A stretch of DNA of 64,000 bases, from assembly GCA_964648665.1 (NCBI GenBank), contig CAZYOA010000002.1:75002-139001 (forward strand), given 5' to 3'. The position numbers and the translations under genes were made by a program. Of this stretch, positions 38,638 to 47,746 are shown piece by piece (within the stretch, counting starts at the first letter, position 1; each line of letters begins with the position of its first letter). The notes under the pieces were generated by a model, which was given only the letters and a program-made list of their open reading frames with translations, made no database searches and was not told the DNA's origin. This stretch comes from an uncultured Planctomycetales bacterium (GTDB lineage Bacteria; Omnitrophota; Gorgyraeia; Zapsychrales; Aceulaceae).

Positions 38638-38892
38638 ATGGCTAGCGTTATTACAAAAGGTTGTACGAAGTGTTTGCAATGTATTGAAAATTGTCCTGTA
38701 GAGCCATTTCATGAAGATTCTGATACACTTGTCATCGACCCTAAAGTTTGCATTGATTGTGGAGTTTGCGTCCCTGAGTGTCCTCAAGGCATTATTTACG
38801 CTGAAGAAGATTTGCCAAGAGATCTTAAGCATTATGCGCAAATCAATTTAGAGAAATCAAAAACCCTGCCGATTATTTTAGAGGATAGATAA
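38638..38892 (+). CDS. 2x[4Fe-4S] ferredoxin
   Basis: CTKCLQCIENCP and CIDCGVCVPECP motifs. Length 84 aa. Confidence 0.8.
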   Translation: MASVITKGCTKCLQCIENCPVEPFHEDSDTLVIDPKVCIDCGVCVPECPQGIIYAEEDLPRDLKHYAQINLEKSKTLPIILEDR

Positions 38893-38929
38893 AACATTTC
38901 TTTAAGACGGGGCTTTGTTTACGGGTGTG

Positions 38930-41900
38930 CTACGAATTTTCCTTGTTTGCTACTAATTCTTGAGAAAGCGCGATATCTTCATTAGTGTTTGGTTCATTTT
39001 CATCTAGCCCAAGCAATTGATAAATATTTGTCATCGGTGTAATGCTTATGCTTGCAGGAATCAATCCTGGTAAATCTTGAAGATTCATTCCTTGCCACTC
39101 AACCGGAACGTTAAACTCTATCGACGACGACCCCCTCTTTTCAATATCCAAATATTCAGCATTAAAATCAATACCCCCAACATTAGAAGAAGCTGTTGCA
39201 GAGGCTTGAGAAGAAGCCATGTGTCCTTGAGCCAAAACAACTTCTTGATCTTGCTTCAAAATACTTGGTATCCTTTTCTTGTCTGCAATTTCATTTCTAA
39301 TCGTATAGCTTCCTCTTTGACCGCTTAAGAATTGATCAAGATTATCTCTTTGTTTTTGATTCTTTAAGAAAATAAAGATTTTATTTTTCCCCACTCTTTC
39401 ATAGTCAAATTTCATTTTATTAATAGCATTAATCACATATTTCCTTGAATCAATTTCTAGTCCGAACATATCGTCCCGATAGCTCAATGCATCAGAAAGA
39501 TTATAACGTAAGTCTTCTGCAGTTATGTCATCGCCAATATTTTGACTTTCAATATAAATTTTAGCCATATGCACAAGGCGATTAAAACTAGCTTGGTTCA
39601 TGTTGTCTAAACAATTTTCATCATTTTCATTATAAAAAATTAAATTTTTCTTTACTTCATTTAAAGACTTTATTCGACCAGAAGGTTGATCGTAACTAGC
39701 CATATAAATTTTTTCGAATGCTTTGCCTAAGGATCCTGGCTCAACAATAATCCGGCCATTTTTTTGAGTTTTTCCTGATTGCATAATAATCTGCTCAACC
39801 CCAACACCTTTAATTCCTGCATTATCCCCTTTATAAGACTGAACAATTTCCTGCATTAGAAATTTCAAGATTTTAATATCCGACACAATCTCTCGTTCGA
39901 TACTGTCTCCAAACTTTTGCTTAATTTGAGAAATTTGATTATTAACAATATCAGCATAAAGAACATCTTTTTTCCCTATCGAGATCTCGATTTTCGTCTC
40001 ATATCTACTAGAATCGTTTGATTTTAAAAGAAAACTGATTAAATTTGTACTTGGAGTATGATTCCTTTTATATCTAATCCCTACACATCGTGAATGCGAA
40101 CGAAACGCATTTAATATTTTCTCTCCAGTTTCAATATCTGATTTATCAGCTGAAACAAAAATATCAATATCGTATTTTCCTGGTAAATCCATGTCTCTTG
40201 AAGTTGATCCTTGATTTACAATATCGGTTTTCAAATCTAAATCATTCAATTTTGAGAATATAAAATCACTAGCCTCTTCTCGCCTTTGATTTTCTTTAAA
40301 AAACAATTTTAAACGATTTGATAAATCTGCAATCGAAACTAAAGAATTTTTTTGACTTCTCTGCACTTTTGCTTGAACGCTTAAGCTTATCTTTAGTGCG
40401 CTTAGATCAATATCTGAATAATCCCCTTCTTCAGTGGTGTCTTTTCGAAGTTCTTGGACATCTTCAAAATAATCTAAAAGCGTTTTTCCCTCTACAATCC
40501 ATGGATGCTCAATAAAATCAGCGACTGACTCAAGGCTTTCAGGATCTAATTCTTCTCCTTCATACTTTTGACCAATTTGCACATCAGGAATTATCCTCCG
40601 AGTAGATATACTTTTTCCACTAACTGTCGTAGCTTTTCTATGATATTTACGAATAACCTCAATATTTTCACTCTCATTAAGCAATGCTTGCTGAATGATT
40701 TCTTTATTATCTTGATTTTCCTTGTAATCTGCGCTAATCAAATCAAAAAATCTTTTTGATCCGTCTGTTTGCATCTGTCCAAGCAAAAGTTTTAGATAGT
40801 CACTCTTAAGCCCTGTTTTCTTAAAATCTTTTAAAATATTGATTTGCTGATCAAGAAGAGCTTGAAGATTATTAAAATCTTTTTTATTTATTTCTCCTCG
40901 TTGAAGCGCTTTTAAAATATAAAAAATATTATCTTTTGCAATTCTCTCATATTTTTGCCATCGTAAAATCTTTAAAATATATGAATTTGCTGTTTGCAAC
41001 CCAAAATCGTCTTTCTTTTTCCTCAAATCGCTTTGAAGAAAATCTCCTGCCAAAATACTTCTTTTTCGGGCATATTCTTCTAGCGGATTTCTCCCACGCT
41101 TAGCGTCATAAAACGCTAAAGCAACATTGCGATCAGGTTCTCTTTGTCCTTTAAGTAAAACATTGTCAAATTCATGCAAAGCTTTCGGCCCAAGCCCGCC
41201 TTTAAGGGCATCTTTAGCTTCTCCTCCTTTACGCAAATAATGGAACAAAGCTGATGTTAGGGCATACGATAAATAATTTGCCTCGATATGATCCTGCTCT
41301 GCATAAGCGCGATAAGCACTAGAGATTGTGTTTAAATATTTTGGAACTTTATGTCCGTTAAATTCTTTAAGTTCATTAATTTCTTTAAACCTTTCCAAGG
41401 TCTCAGAAATTTTCTTTTCGCCAAAAATATCAATCAAGAAATTATTAATATTTTCTTCATTCTTTAAAAAATATGAGCCAATCTTACTCTCCAAACTACT
41501 CATTCCATTCGGTACTTTCTTGCTCCCCATATGCTCTTCAACCAAACTTGTTGATAAGCTGACAAGGCTATTTAAAAACACTTCGGATATAATTTGAAGG
41601 ATATATTGAAAATCCTCTTCACTATGTTCAGTCATTTTTCTTAAAGTTGCTGCTGCCGACACTTTTTCTATAGAAGAATCAATATTTGTAGCAGAATAAA
41701 CAAGGGATGACAGATGTATATACTTCTTAAGATGCTCTCTCTTGTCTGCAGCATTTTCATCCAAAATACCTTTGACTCCGTTTCGTCCAATCCATGATAA
41801 AATATGAATAGCTGATTCAGAGTTTTTTAATGCAGATTCTTTGAGAAATTGGTTAATAACAAAAGCAAGGCTATATATATCATTAATATTTTCTATCCAC

Positions 41901-44900
41901 CCTTTATGAGCTAAACATTCAAAAAGAACAATTGATAAAAAGGGATCATTTTTTTGCAATAACGGCTTCATTGTATCAATAACTTTATTAAAATTGGAAC
42001 GCATTTCCGAGACAGGTTCGTTTAATAAAAATTTTAAGAAAACACTTAATCCTGAATAATTTTTTCGGTAAACTTCCAGATTCTTATAAATTTCTAATTT
42101 ATCTATAATCTTACGGAACATGTCTTGGTTTTCTTTAATTGCAATACCAAGATCCAAGTTCGAATTTTTTATAACATCAAAGATTTGATCTTGATCATCG
42201 TTTTCTGCGTTTAAAGAAGCTAAAATAAAATCTGGAAGAAATCTTTGATTATTTTTAAAAGATGTTTTTATTGAAGAAAAGAGAGCACTTTTAGCCTCTT
42301 GAGATTTAATCTGAAGAGTTTTTTTGATAACAATTGGAAAAAGATTTGGATTTCGAGAAAGTATCTCATTAACGAAATCAGGCGAAGATAGAATTAAGGA
42401 ATCGAAATAATTAGGATACGTAGATAAAATTTTACCGATACTTAAAATCAACGCTTTCCTAGCTTTACTTCTCTTGTTCTGCACAAGAGGTGCATATTTT
42501 AAATAAGAAATAAATTCTTCCTCTGTAAACTTTAAGTTTGGATTAGAACCAAAAGAAAAATTAACAACTCTTGCCAAACTTTCTACATCGCTATACACAT
42601 CATTTACAAATTTATTCGGATCAACAAGATTCTTCATGGCATTAAAAAGATGCTCAAACTGAGACTGTGTAACAACCGTGTTCGATCCCGAAGAATCATC
42701 TTCACTGAGAGAAATAGAGTGCAGTAAAAATGAAGTGTCTGAATCTGAAAAAGTTTTTGTCAATAATATTCTGTATACTTGACCAGAGAATTCAGCATTA
42801 ATCCCATAAGGCAAAGAACGTAATGATTTTATTAAAAATTTCTTCATCTTATTTGAAGAAGCATTTTCCAGATGATTTAACAGCTCTTCGCTCACACTTG
42901 CGTTCCCTAAGGCCGAAGCAAGCTCTGATAATATAGAATCTTCTATCTCTCGATTCTCAACCTCTTTTAAAAAAAACTCTAATGAAGCGGAATCTTTGCC
43001 TAAAAATTTGCCAAGGCCTGAAATAAAATTAGTTTTGGAGGTATAACCATTCGTATCAAGCCTGTCGTATGTTGAAGTAACTTTGCAAAGATCAAGTATT
43101 TGAGACATTGTTATTTCAATGTTGTCATCTTTAAGGCTGCTCCCTATCGCCTCGATTAAATTATTTTGAATTGCGCGTGTTCGATGAAAACTTAAATCGT
43201 TAAAATAGGGATTATCATAATTCGTTTTTGTCATATTCGGAATCATTGATAACATATCCTCAGCTAAGTCAGGATTATTTGAAAGAATAAATCCAAGAAA
43301 CCACGACATCTCGTATCTTTTCCAGACATCCGTTCTTTCAAAAATAACATCAGATTTTAAAATATTAGTTAAATCTTCTTTTTTTAGTTTAATTTCTTTT
43401 TTACGTGAAAGGGAGTCCCACAGTGAACTAATTAGTGCCCTTCCTCCTATTCCTTTCGCTTGACTAATCTTTTTTATAACAATTGGGAGAAAATCCAAAT
43501 TAGCATTTATTGCTGAAGTAAGGCACCGAGATAAAAATTCTTCAACGTCGCTTGCGCTATCTTTTTGAATACCCAAATAATTCTGTGTTCTATTAAATAT
43601 TTCTGGATTACGAATCATGGCAGATCCTAACATGGCTTCAACAAATGTATTACCAGCATTTGGTTTGTAAATATTAATGTGATCAATAACATATTCAATA
43701 GAATCAAGACTTAGCTCAAAGTTTTTATCTTGTAAAAGAATTCTAGTCAAAGGATCAAAAATCTCACTCCCTGCTTCATTATTATCAGAATAATCTACAG
43801 TCTTGTTTAATAAATAATTATGCTTTAACGTAAGTTTATCATTTCTTAAATCTAATATTATTTTAAGCCGAGAACCTTCGGGTCCATGAAATATCATTGT
43901 TTGGTTGTCAAGCTCGACTCTAACGTTTTTCATTTTTGATAAATACTCTAAGAAATTCTTATAGAATCTTGCTGTCGCTTCATCCCGATTAATGACGTAT
44001 CCAGCACTTCCTAAAATTAATAACGCCAAAGATCCACTTAAATATTTAAGAATTCCTTTTGATTCTTTTGCAGTTTCAAGATACCTCTTAACAATATTTC
44101 TTTGAGACTCTATATACGCTGTATCATTGACAAGATTAGAATCCACATAAAGAATATAACCCTTTTCTCCCTGATCGAATACAGATCGCCCTTCGTGCTC
44201 TAACAATCCTTGTACAGGAATAACGTGCACCTTAACATCTTCGTTATCAATTCTATAAGTATGTATTGGATATTTCGCAACAAGATCAGAAGCCAGAGCA
44301 GCGCCGTCCTCCTTTACAGGAGCCTCTCTAAGCTCTTCGGGCACGTTGTTGTAAATATAGTTATAAATACCGAGATTTCCCGTTTGGCTAATGGTGTTCT
44401 CGGAAAGAGATGGCACAGCTGTATTACTAGCTGATGCAGGAGATTTATTGAATGTATCTGGCAGTCTATGCGATTCAGGGTCAAGCTCAGAAGTAGCTGA
44501 TGTTGTTTTCGGCACAGCCAATACGACTGAAGCTCTAAACCCAAGACCAACGATAACGGATTGAGCTGTATTTTTTAGAGCTCTCAAAGGTCTTTTAATA
44601 ATTGAAGACGAAACCTTGCTCCCCTCAAAACCACCTGAGAAATATTTACGGGTTACATATTTCCTTAAATACGGATCATATTCGGTTTTTAGATAATTAA
44701 CGACACCTTTTTCATGAGCAGCAAGATATTGATTATAAATATTATCAACATTAACAGGACGCTCATCTGGCATCTGAATACCAGCAACCTTATTTTTATC
44801 CGCATAAACTTTTGTAATAATCGAATTGCGCAAAGCTTGCTTGTACCAAGTCGCCAAAACCATGGCATGAAATATCTGACGTAATTGAGCAAAATTCTTA

Positions 44901-45679
44901 CCCTCATTAACCTCTTTTTCTAATAAAGGAATAATGACTTCTTTGGCAATCGACGCGCTTAAGTTATTATCAGCTCGTGTATTCGCTTGTCTTTCTTTTT
45001 CTTGATCTGAATTATCTTTTTTTGTGTCTTTTTTATTTTCAAGGGCTAAATAATCCTGCTCCATCATAACTTTCAAATAACTATCAGTTAGAAAAACCTT
45101 GTCTCGATCTTCATAAATCACTGCCTTTTGAGGAACAATCCAAACCTTGTTAAACGTATCAATAGGAATATTTGTTGTTCCGTATTCCTCATATGCCTTT
45201 TTATATACTTTTCCCCAGAATTCTTTTCCAAAATCATTTTCTGGATAAATCAAAGAAGACATAATTTGCTTTAGAATATAATCTTGAGCTAGGAGATCTA
45301 CACCCATTTCAGTCTGGCCTAAAGCATTAGGAATAATACGATTTTCTTCATAAGGAGATAAATTGACCCACAAATCGTTTTCTGGGATAGTTAAGGCAGC
45401 TAAGAAATATTTAACAATTTTTTCTGATTCTTTCTTTAGCTGATCCCCTTGAAGCTTTGTATTTCCAGAATCAACAATAAAATCAAATTTAAGAGAGTTT
45501 TCAGGATAAACGCGCATTCCACGAAGAATGGCTGGGGTAAAAGCCGGGCTTAAATTAACCATTGCCCCTGGATGAGGAAGCCCTATAACACCTTGAGCGT
45601 AGGCTTGAGATGGGACAACAACAGTTGCAAAAAAACAGATGAGTATTAAAATCGATATCGTTTTATTAAAAAATTTCAA
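38930..45679 (-). CDS. Giant (2249 aa) orphan protein: signal peptide, N-terminal exported domain, one candidate TM helix, long helical-repeat region, Pol-beta-type nucleotidyltransferase core, C-terminal GGIDFN module
   Basis: Uninterrupted 6.75-kb ORF. TTG start with GGGAGAG SD 5 nt upstream. MKFFNKTISILILICFFATVVVPSQAYAQG is signal-peptide-like. Hydrophobic LSGSLALLILGSAGYVI lies at about aa 550. NTase motif NQGSTSRDMDLPGKYDIDIFV lies at about aa 1820-1842. Confidence 0.85.
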   Translation of the reverse strand: MKFFNKTISILILICFFATVVVPSQAYAQGVIGLPHPGAMVNLSPAFTPAILRGMRVYPENSLKFDFIVDSGNTKLQGDQLKKESEKIVKYFLAALTIPENDLWVNLSPYEENRIIPNALGQTEMGVDLLAQDYILKQIMSSLIYPENDFGKEFWGKVYKKAYEEYGTTNIPIDTFNKVWIVPQKAVIYEDRDKVFLTDSYLKVMMEQDYLALENKKDTKKDNSDQEKERQANTRADNNLSASIAKEVIIPLLEKEVNEGKNFAQLRQIFHAMVLATWYKQALRNSIITKVYADKNKVAGIQMPDERPVNVDNIYNQYLAAHEKGVVNYLKTEYDPYLRKYVTRKYFSGGFEGSKVSSSIIKRPLRALKNTAQSVIVGLGFRASVVLAVPKTTSATSELDPESHRLPDTFNKSPASASNTAVPSLSENTISQTGNLGIYNYIYNNVPEELREAPVKEDGAALASDLVAKYPIHTYRIDNEDVKVHVIPVQGLLEHEGRSVFDQGEKGYILYVDSNLVNDTAYIESQRNIVKRYLETAKESKGILKYLSGSLALLILGSAGYVINRDEATARFYKNFLEYLSKMKNVRVELDNQTMIFHGPEGSRLKIILDLRNDKLTLKHNYLLNKTVDYSDNNEAGSEIFDPLTRILLQDKNFELSLDSIEYVIDHINIYKPNAGNTFVEAMLGSAMIRNPEIFNRTQNYLGIQKDSASDVEEFLSRCLTSAINANLDFLPIVIKKISQAKGIGGRALISSLWDSLSRKKEIKLKKEDLTNILKSDVIFERTDVWKRYEMSWFLGFILSNNPDLAEDMLSMIPNMTKTNYDNPYFNDLSFHRTRAIQNNLIEAIGSSLKDDNIEITMSQILDLCKVTSTYDRLDTNGYTSKTNFISGLGKFLGKDSASLEFFLKEVENREIEDSILSELASALGNASVSEELLNHLENASSNKMKKFLIKSLRSLPYGINAEFSGQVYRILLTKTFSDSDTSFLLHSISLSEDDSSGSNTVVTQSQFEHLFNAMKNLVDPNKFVNDVYSDVESLARVVNFSFGSNPNLKFTEEEFISYLKYAPLVQNKRSKARKALILSIGKILSTYPNYFDSLILSSPDFVNEILSRNPNLFPIVIKKTLQIKSQEAKSALFSSIKTSFKNNQRFLPDFILASLNAENDDQDQIFDVIKNSNLDLGIAIKENQDMFRKIIDKLEIYKNLEVYRKNYSGLSVFLKFLLNEPVSEMRSNFNKVIDTMKPLLQKNDPFLSIVLFECLAHKGWIENINDIYSLAFVINQFLKESALKNSESAIHILSWIGRNGVKGILDENAADKREHLKKYIHLSSLVYSATNIDSSIEKVSAAATLRKMTEHSEEDFQYILQIISEVFLNSLVSLSTSLVEEHMGSKKVPNGMSSLESKIGSYFLKNEENINNFLIDIFGEKKISETLERFKEINELKEFNGHKVPKYLNTISSAYRAYAEQDHIEANYLSYALTSALFHYLRKGGEAKDALKGGLGPKALHEFDNVLLKGQREPDRNVALAFYDAKRGRNPLEEYARKRSILAGDFLQSDLRKKKDDFGLQTANSYILKILRWQKYERIAKDNIFYILKALQRGEINKKDFNNLQALLDQQINILKDFKKTGLKSDYLKLLLGQMQTDGSKRFFDLISADYKENQDNKEIIQQALLNESENIEVIRKYHRKATTVSGKSISTRRIIPDVQIGQKYEGEELDPESLESVADFIEHPWIVEGKTLLDYFEDVQELRKDTTEEGDYSDIDLSALKISLSVQAKVQRSQKNSLVSIADLSNRLKLFFKENQRREEASDFIFSKLNDLDLKTDIVNQGSTSRDMDLPGKYDIDIFVSADKSDIETGEKILNAFRSHSRCVGIRYKRNHTPSTNLISFLLKSNDSSRYETKIEISIGKKDVLYADIVNNQISQIKQKFGDSIEREIVSDIKILKFLMQEIVQSYKGDNAGIKGVGVEQIIMQSGKTQKNGRIIVEPGSLGKAFEKIYMASYDQPSGRIKSLNEVKKNLIFYNENDENCLDNMNQASFNRLVHMAKIYIESQNIGDDITAEDLRYNLSDALSYRDDMFGLEIDSRKYVINAINKMKFDYERVGKNKIFIFLKNQKQRDNLDQFLSGQRGSYTIRNEIADKKRIPSILKQDQEVVLAQGHMASSQASATASSNVGGIDFNAEYLDIEKRGSSSIEFNVPVEWQGMNLQDLPGLIPASISITPMTNIYQLLGLDENEPNTNEDIALSQELVANKENS

Positions 45680-45895
45680 TATTCTCTCCCGTGGCTAAGA
45701 AGAACACATATTAATTAATTTATATCCTTATGTTGAAACATATCTCTTATCTCCGTATCCATAGTCTTATCCTGACTATTAAAGTATAGAATATATATAT
45801 ACGAATTTAAGGGATTTGAGGGGGTTTTGAGAAAGCGCTACCAAAAAAAGAGGGTATAAACACAATTATACGAAGAACCGTGTTTAGTCTCGGGG

Positions 45896-46666
45896 TTAAA
45901 CGCGGCTGGTTTCAATCCCAATTGGGCAATGATCGGAGCCGAGAACATCTTTTAAAATATATGAGCTCTTCATTTTAGACAAAAGCTCTTTATTGACAAA
46001 GAAATAATCTAGACGCCACCCAACATTACGCGGTCTTGCACCAGTTCGATAATTCCAAAATGTATAACAATCAGGCTTGTTGAGGTGAAAATGACGGAAT
46101 GTATCAACGTACCCTTTTTTAATAAGCTTTGTAATCCAATCGCGTTCTTCAGGTAGAAATCCTGTGTTCTCTTCGTTGTTTTTAGGTCGAGCTAAATCGA
46201 TTTCAGTGTGCGCAGTATTAACATCTCCACAAACAATAATATTTTTTCCTTTTTTGCGGAATGACTCGACTTTTCTTAAGAATTGATCGTAAAATTTCAT
46301 CTTATACGGGACTCGTTTATTTTCAACGCCTCCATTAGGAAAATAGATATTAAATAAAACAAAGTCTCCAAAATCTAAAATTAAATTTCTTCCTTCACAA
46401 TCAAATTCCTTTTTCCCAATTTTAGTTGTCACGCTTTGCGGTTCTTTCTTGCTAAAAACAGAGACGCCGCTATATCCCTTCTTTTCACCTGCTGCCCAAA
46501 ATGTTTTGTATCCACGAGGTTTTAATAATGCATCTGTTAGCTGATCTGGGTGGCATTTTGTCTCTTGGATACATAAGATATCTGGATTCTCTTTTTTAAT
46601 CCAAGTGAGGAATCCTTTCTTTTCAATGGCACGGACACCGTTAACATTCCAACTTAAAATTTTCAT
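45896..46666 (-). CDS. xth: Exodeoxyribonuclease III
   Basis: SWNVNG, CIQETK and GSDHCP blocks. Length 256 aa. Confidence 0.9.
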   Translation of the reverse strand: MKILSWNVNGVRAIEKKGFLTWIKKENPDILCIQETKCHPDQLTDALLKPRGYKTFWAAGEKKGYSGVSVFSKKEPQSVTTKIGKKEFDCEGRNLILDFGDFVLFNIYFPNGGVENKRVPYKMKFYDQFLRKVESFRKKGKNIIVCGDVNTAHTEIDLARPKNNEENTGFLPEERDWITKLIKKGYVDTFRHFHLNKPDCYTFWNYRTGARPRNVGWRLDYFFVNKELLSKMKSSYILKDVLGSDHCPIGIETSRV

Positions 46667-46668
46667 CT

Positions 46669-47742
46669 CTACTCCTCTAGCTTAACCGAAACACATCTTG
46701 ATCCCCATGTGCCATGTTTTTCATCGAAATGGCCAGCGCACGTTGTTTGGCAATTCATACATTTGTTCATAGAAATATTATATTTTGTGATCTCGTACCA
46801 TTTACGTTGAATAATTTTTTGATGGCAAACCGAGCAATATGTTGTTGACCCCTCATCATCGTCAATATTTCCTGTGTAAACAAATTTTAACCCTTTATCC
46901 ATGGCAATTCGTCTTGCTCTGATCAGCGTTTGCTTTGGTGTTGGATGATAACTCATCATTTGAAATGCTGGATGAAACGCACTGAAATGAACAGGAATTT
47001 CATTTCCAAGATGATCAGCAATCCAGCTGCAGATATCATTAAGATCTCCGTCAGAATCATTTTCTCCTGGAATAATTAAATTTGTAAGCTCAAGCCAAAC
47101 ATTTGTTTTTTCTTTAATAAAAATAAGTGTGTCCAAAACCGGTTTTATTTCTGCGAGCGTAATTCTGTTATAAAAACTGTTTCGAATAGATTTTAAATCA
47201 ACATTAGCGGCATCAATATATTCAAAAAATTCTTCTCTGGCCTCTTGTGATATGTAACCCGCTGTTACGGCGATGGTCTTAATTCCGTTTATTTGACATT
47301 CTTTTGCTGTGTCAATGGCGTATTCTGAAAAAATAATAGGATCGTTATATGTAAACGCTACAGATTTTGCGCCAACTTTTTTAGCAGTATCCGAAATCAT
47401 TACAGGCGATGCTTTCTCGCAAAGTCGATCAAATTCTTTTGATTTTGAAATATCCCAATTTTGACAGTATTTGCACCCCATGTTGCATCCTGCAGTTCCA
47501 AAAGATAGGACACTTGTTCCAGGATAAAAATGATAGAGAGGTTTTTTCTCAACAGGGTCAATGCAAAATCCGCTAGAACGACCATAAGTCGTCAGGACTA
47601 ATTTTCCATCATGATTAGCCCTCACAAAACAAAATCCATTCTTTCCATCAGGGATGATGCAGTTGCGCGGACAAAGAACGCACTGAACAGCGTTATTCTC
47701 TAGAGGATTCCACCATCGAGCAGGATGATTACCATTTAACAT
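46669..47742 (-). CDS. AmmeMemoRadiSam-system radical SAM enzyme (AmrS-like)
   Basis: ARWWNPLENNAVQCVLCPRNC..GFCFVR..DPVEKKPLYHFYPG..GCNMGCKYCQNWDIS matches the family's N-terminal pattern as I remember it. Confidence 0.7.
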   Translation of the reverse strand: MLNGNHPARWWNPLENNAVQCVLCPRNCIIPDGKNGFCFVRANHDGKLVLTTYGRSSGFCIDPVEKKPLYHFYPGTSVLSFGTAGCNMGCKYCQNWDISKSKEFDRLCEKASPVMISDTAKKVGAKSVAFTYNDPIIFSEYAIDTAKECQINGIKTIAVTAGYISQEAREEFFEYIDAANVDLKSIRNSFYNRITLAEIKPVLDTLIFIKEKTNVWLELTNLIIPGENDSDGDLNDICSWIADHLGNEIPVHFSAFHPAFQMMSYHPTPKQTLIRARRIAMDKGLKFVYTGNIDDDEGSTTYCSVCHQKIIQRKWYEITKYNISMNKCMNCQTTCAGHFDEKHGTWGSRCVSVKLEE

Positions 47743-47746
47743 ATTT

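Noticed and set aside
38620-38841. 73-aa minus-strand ORF antisense to the ferredoxin gene.
   Set aside because: The plus-strand frame encodes two canonical CxxCxxCxxxCP motifs. The antisense frame has no features.
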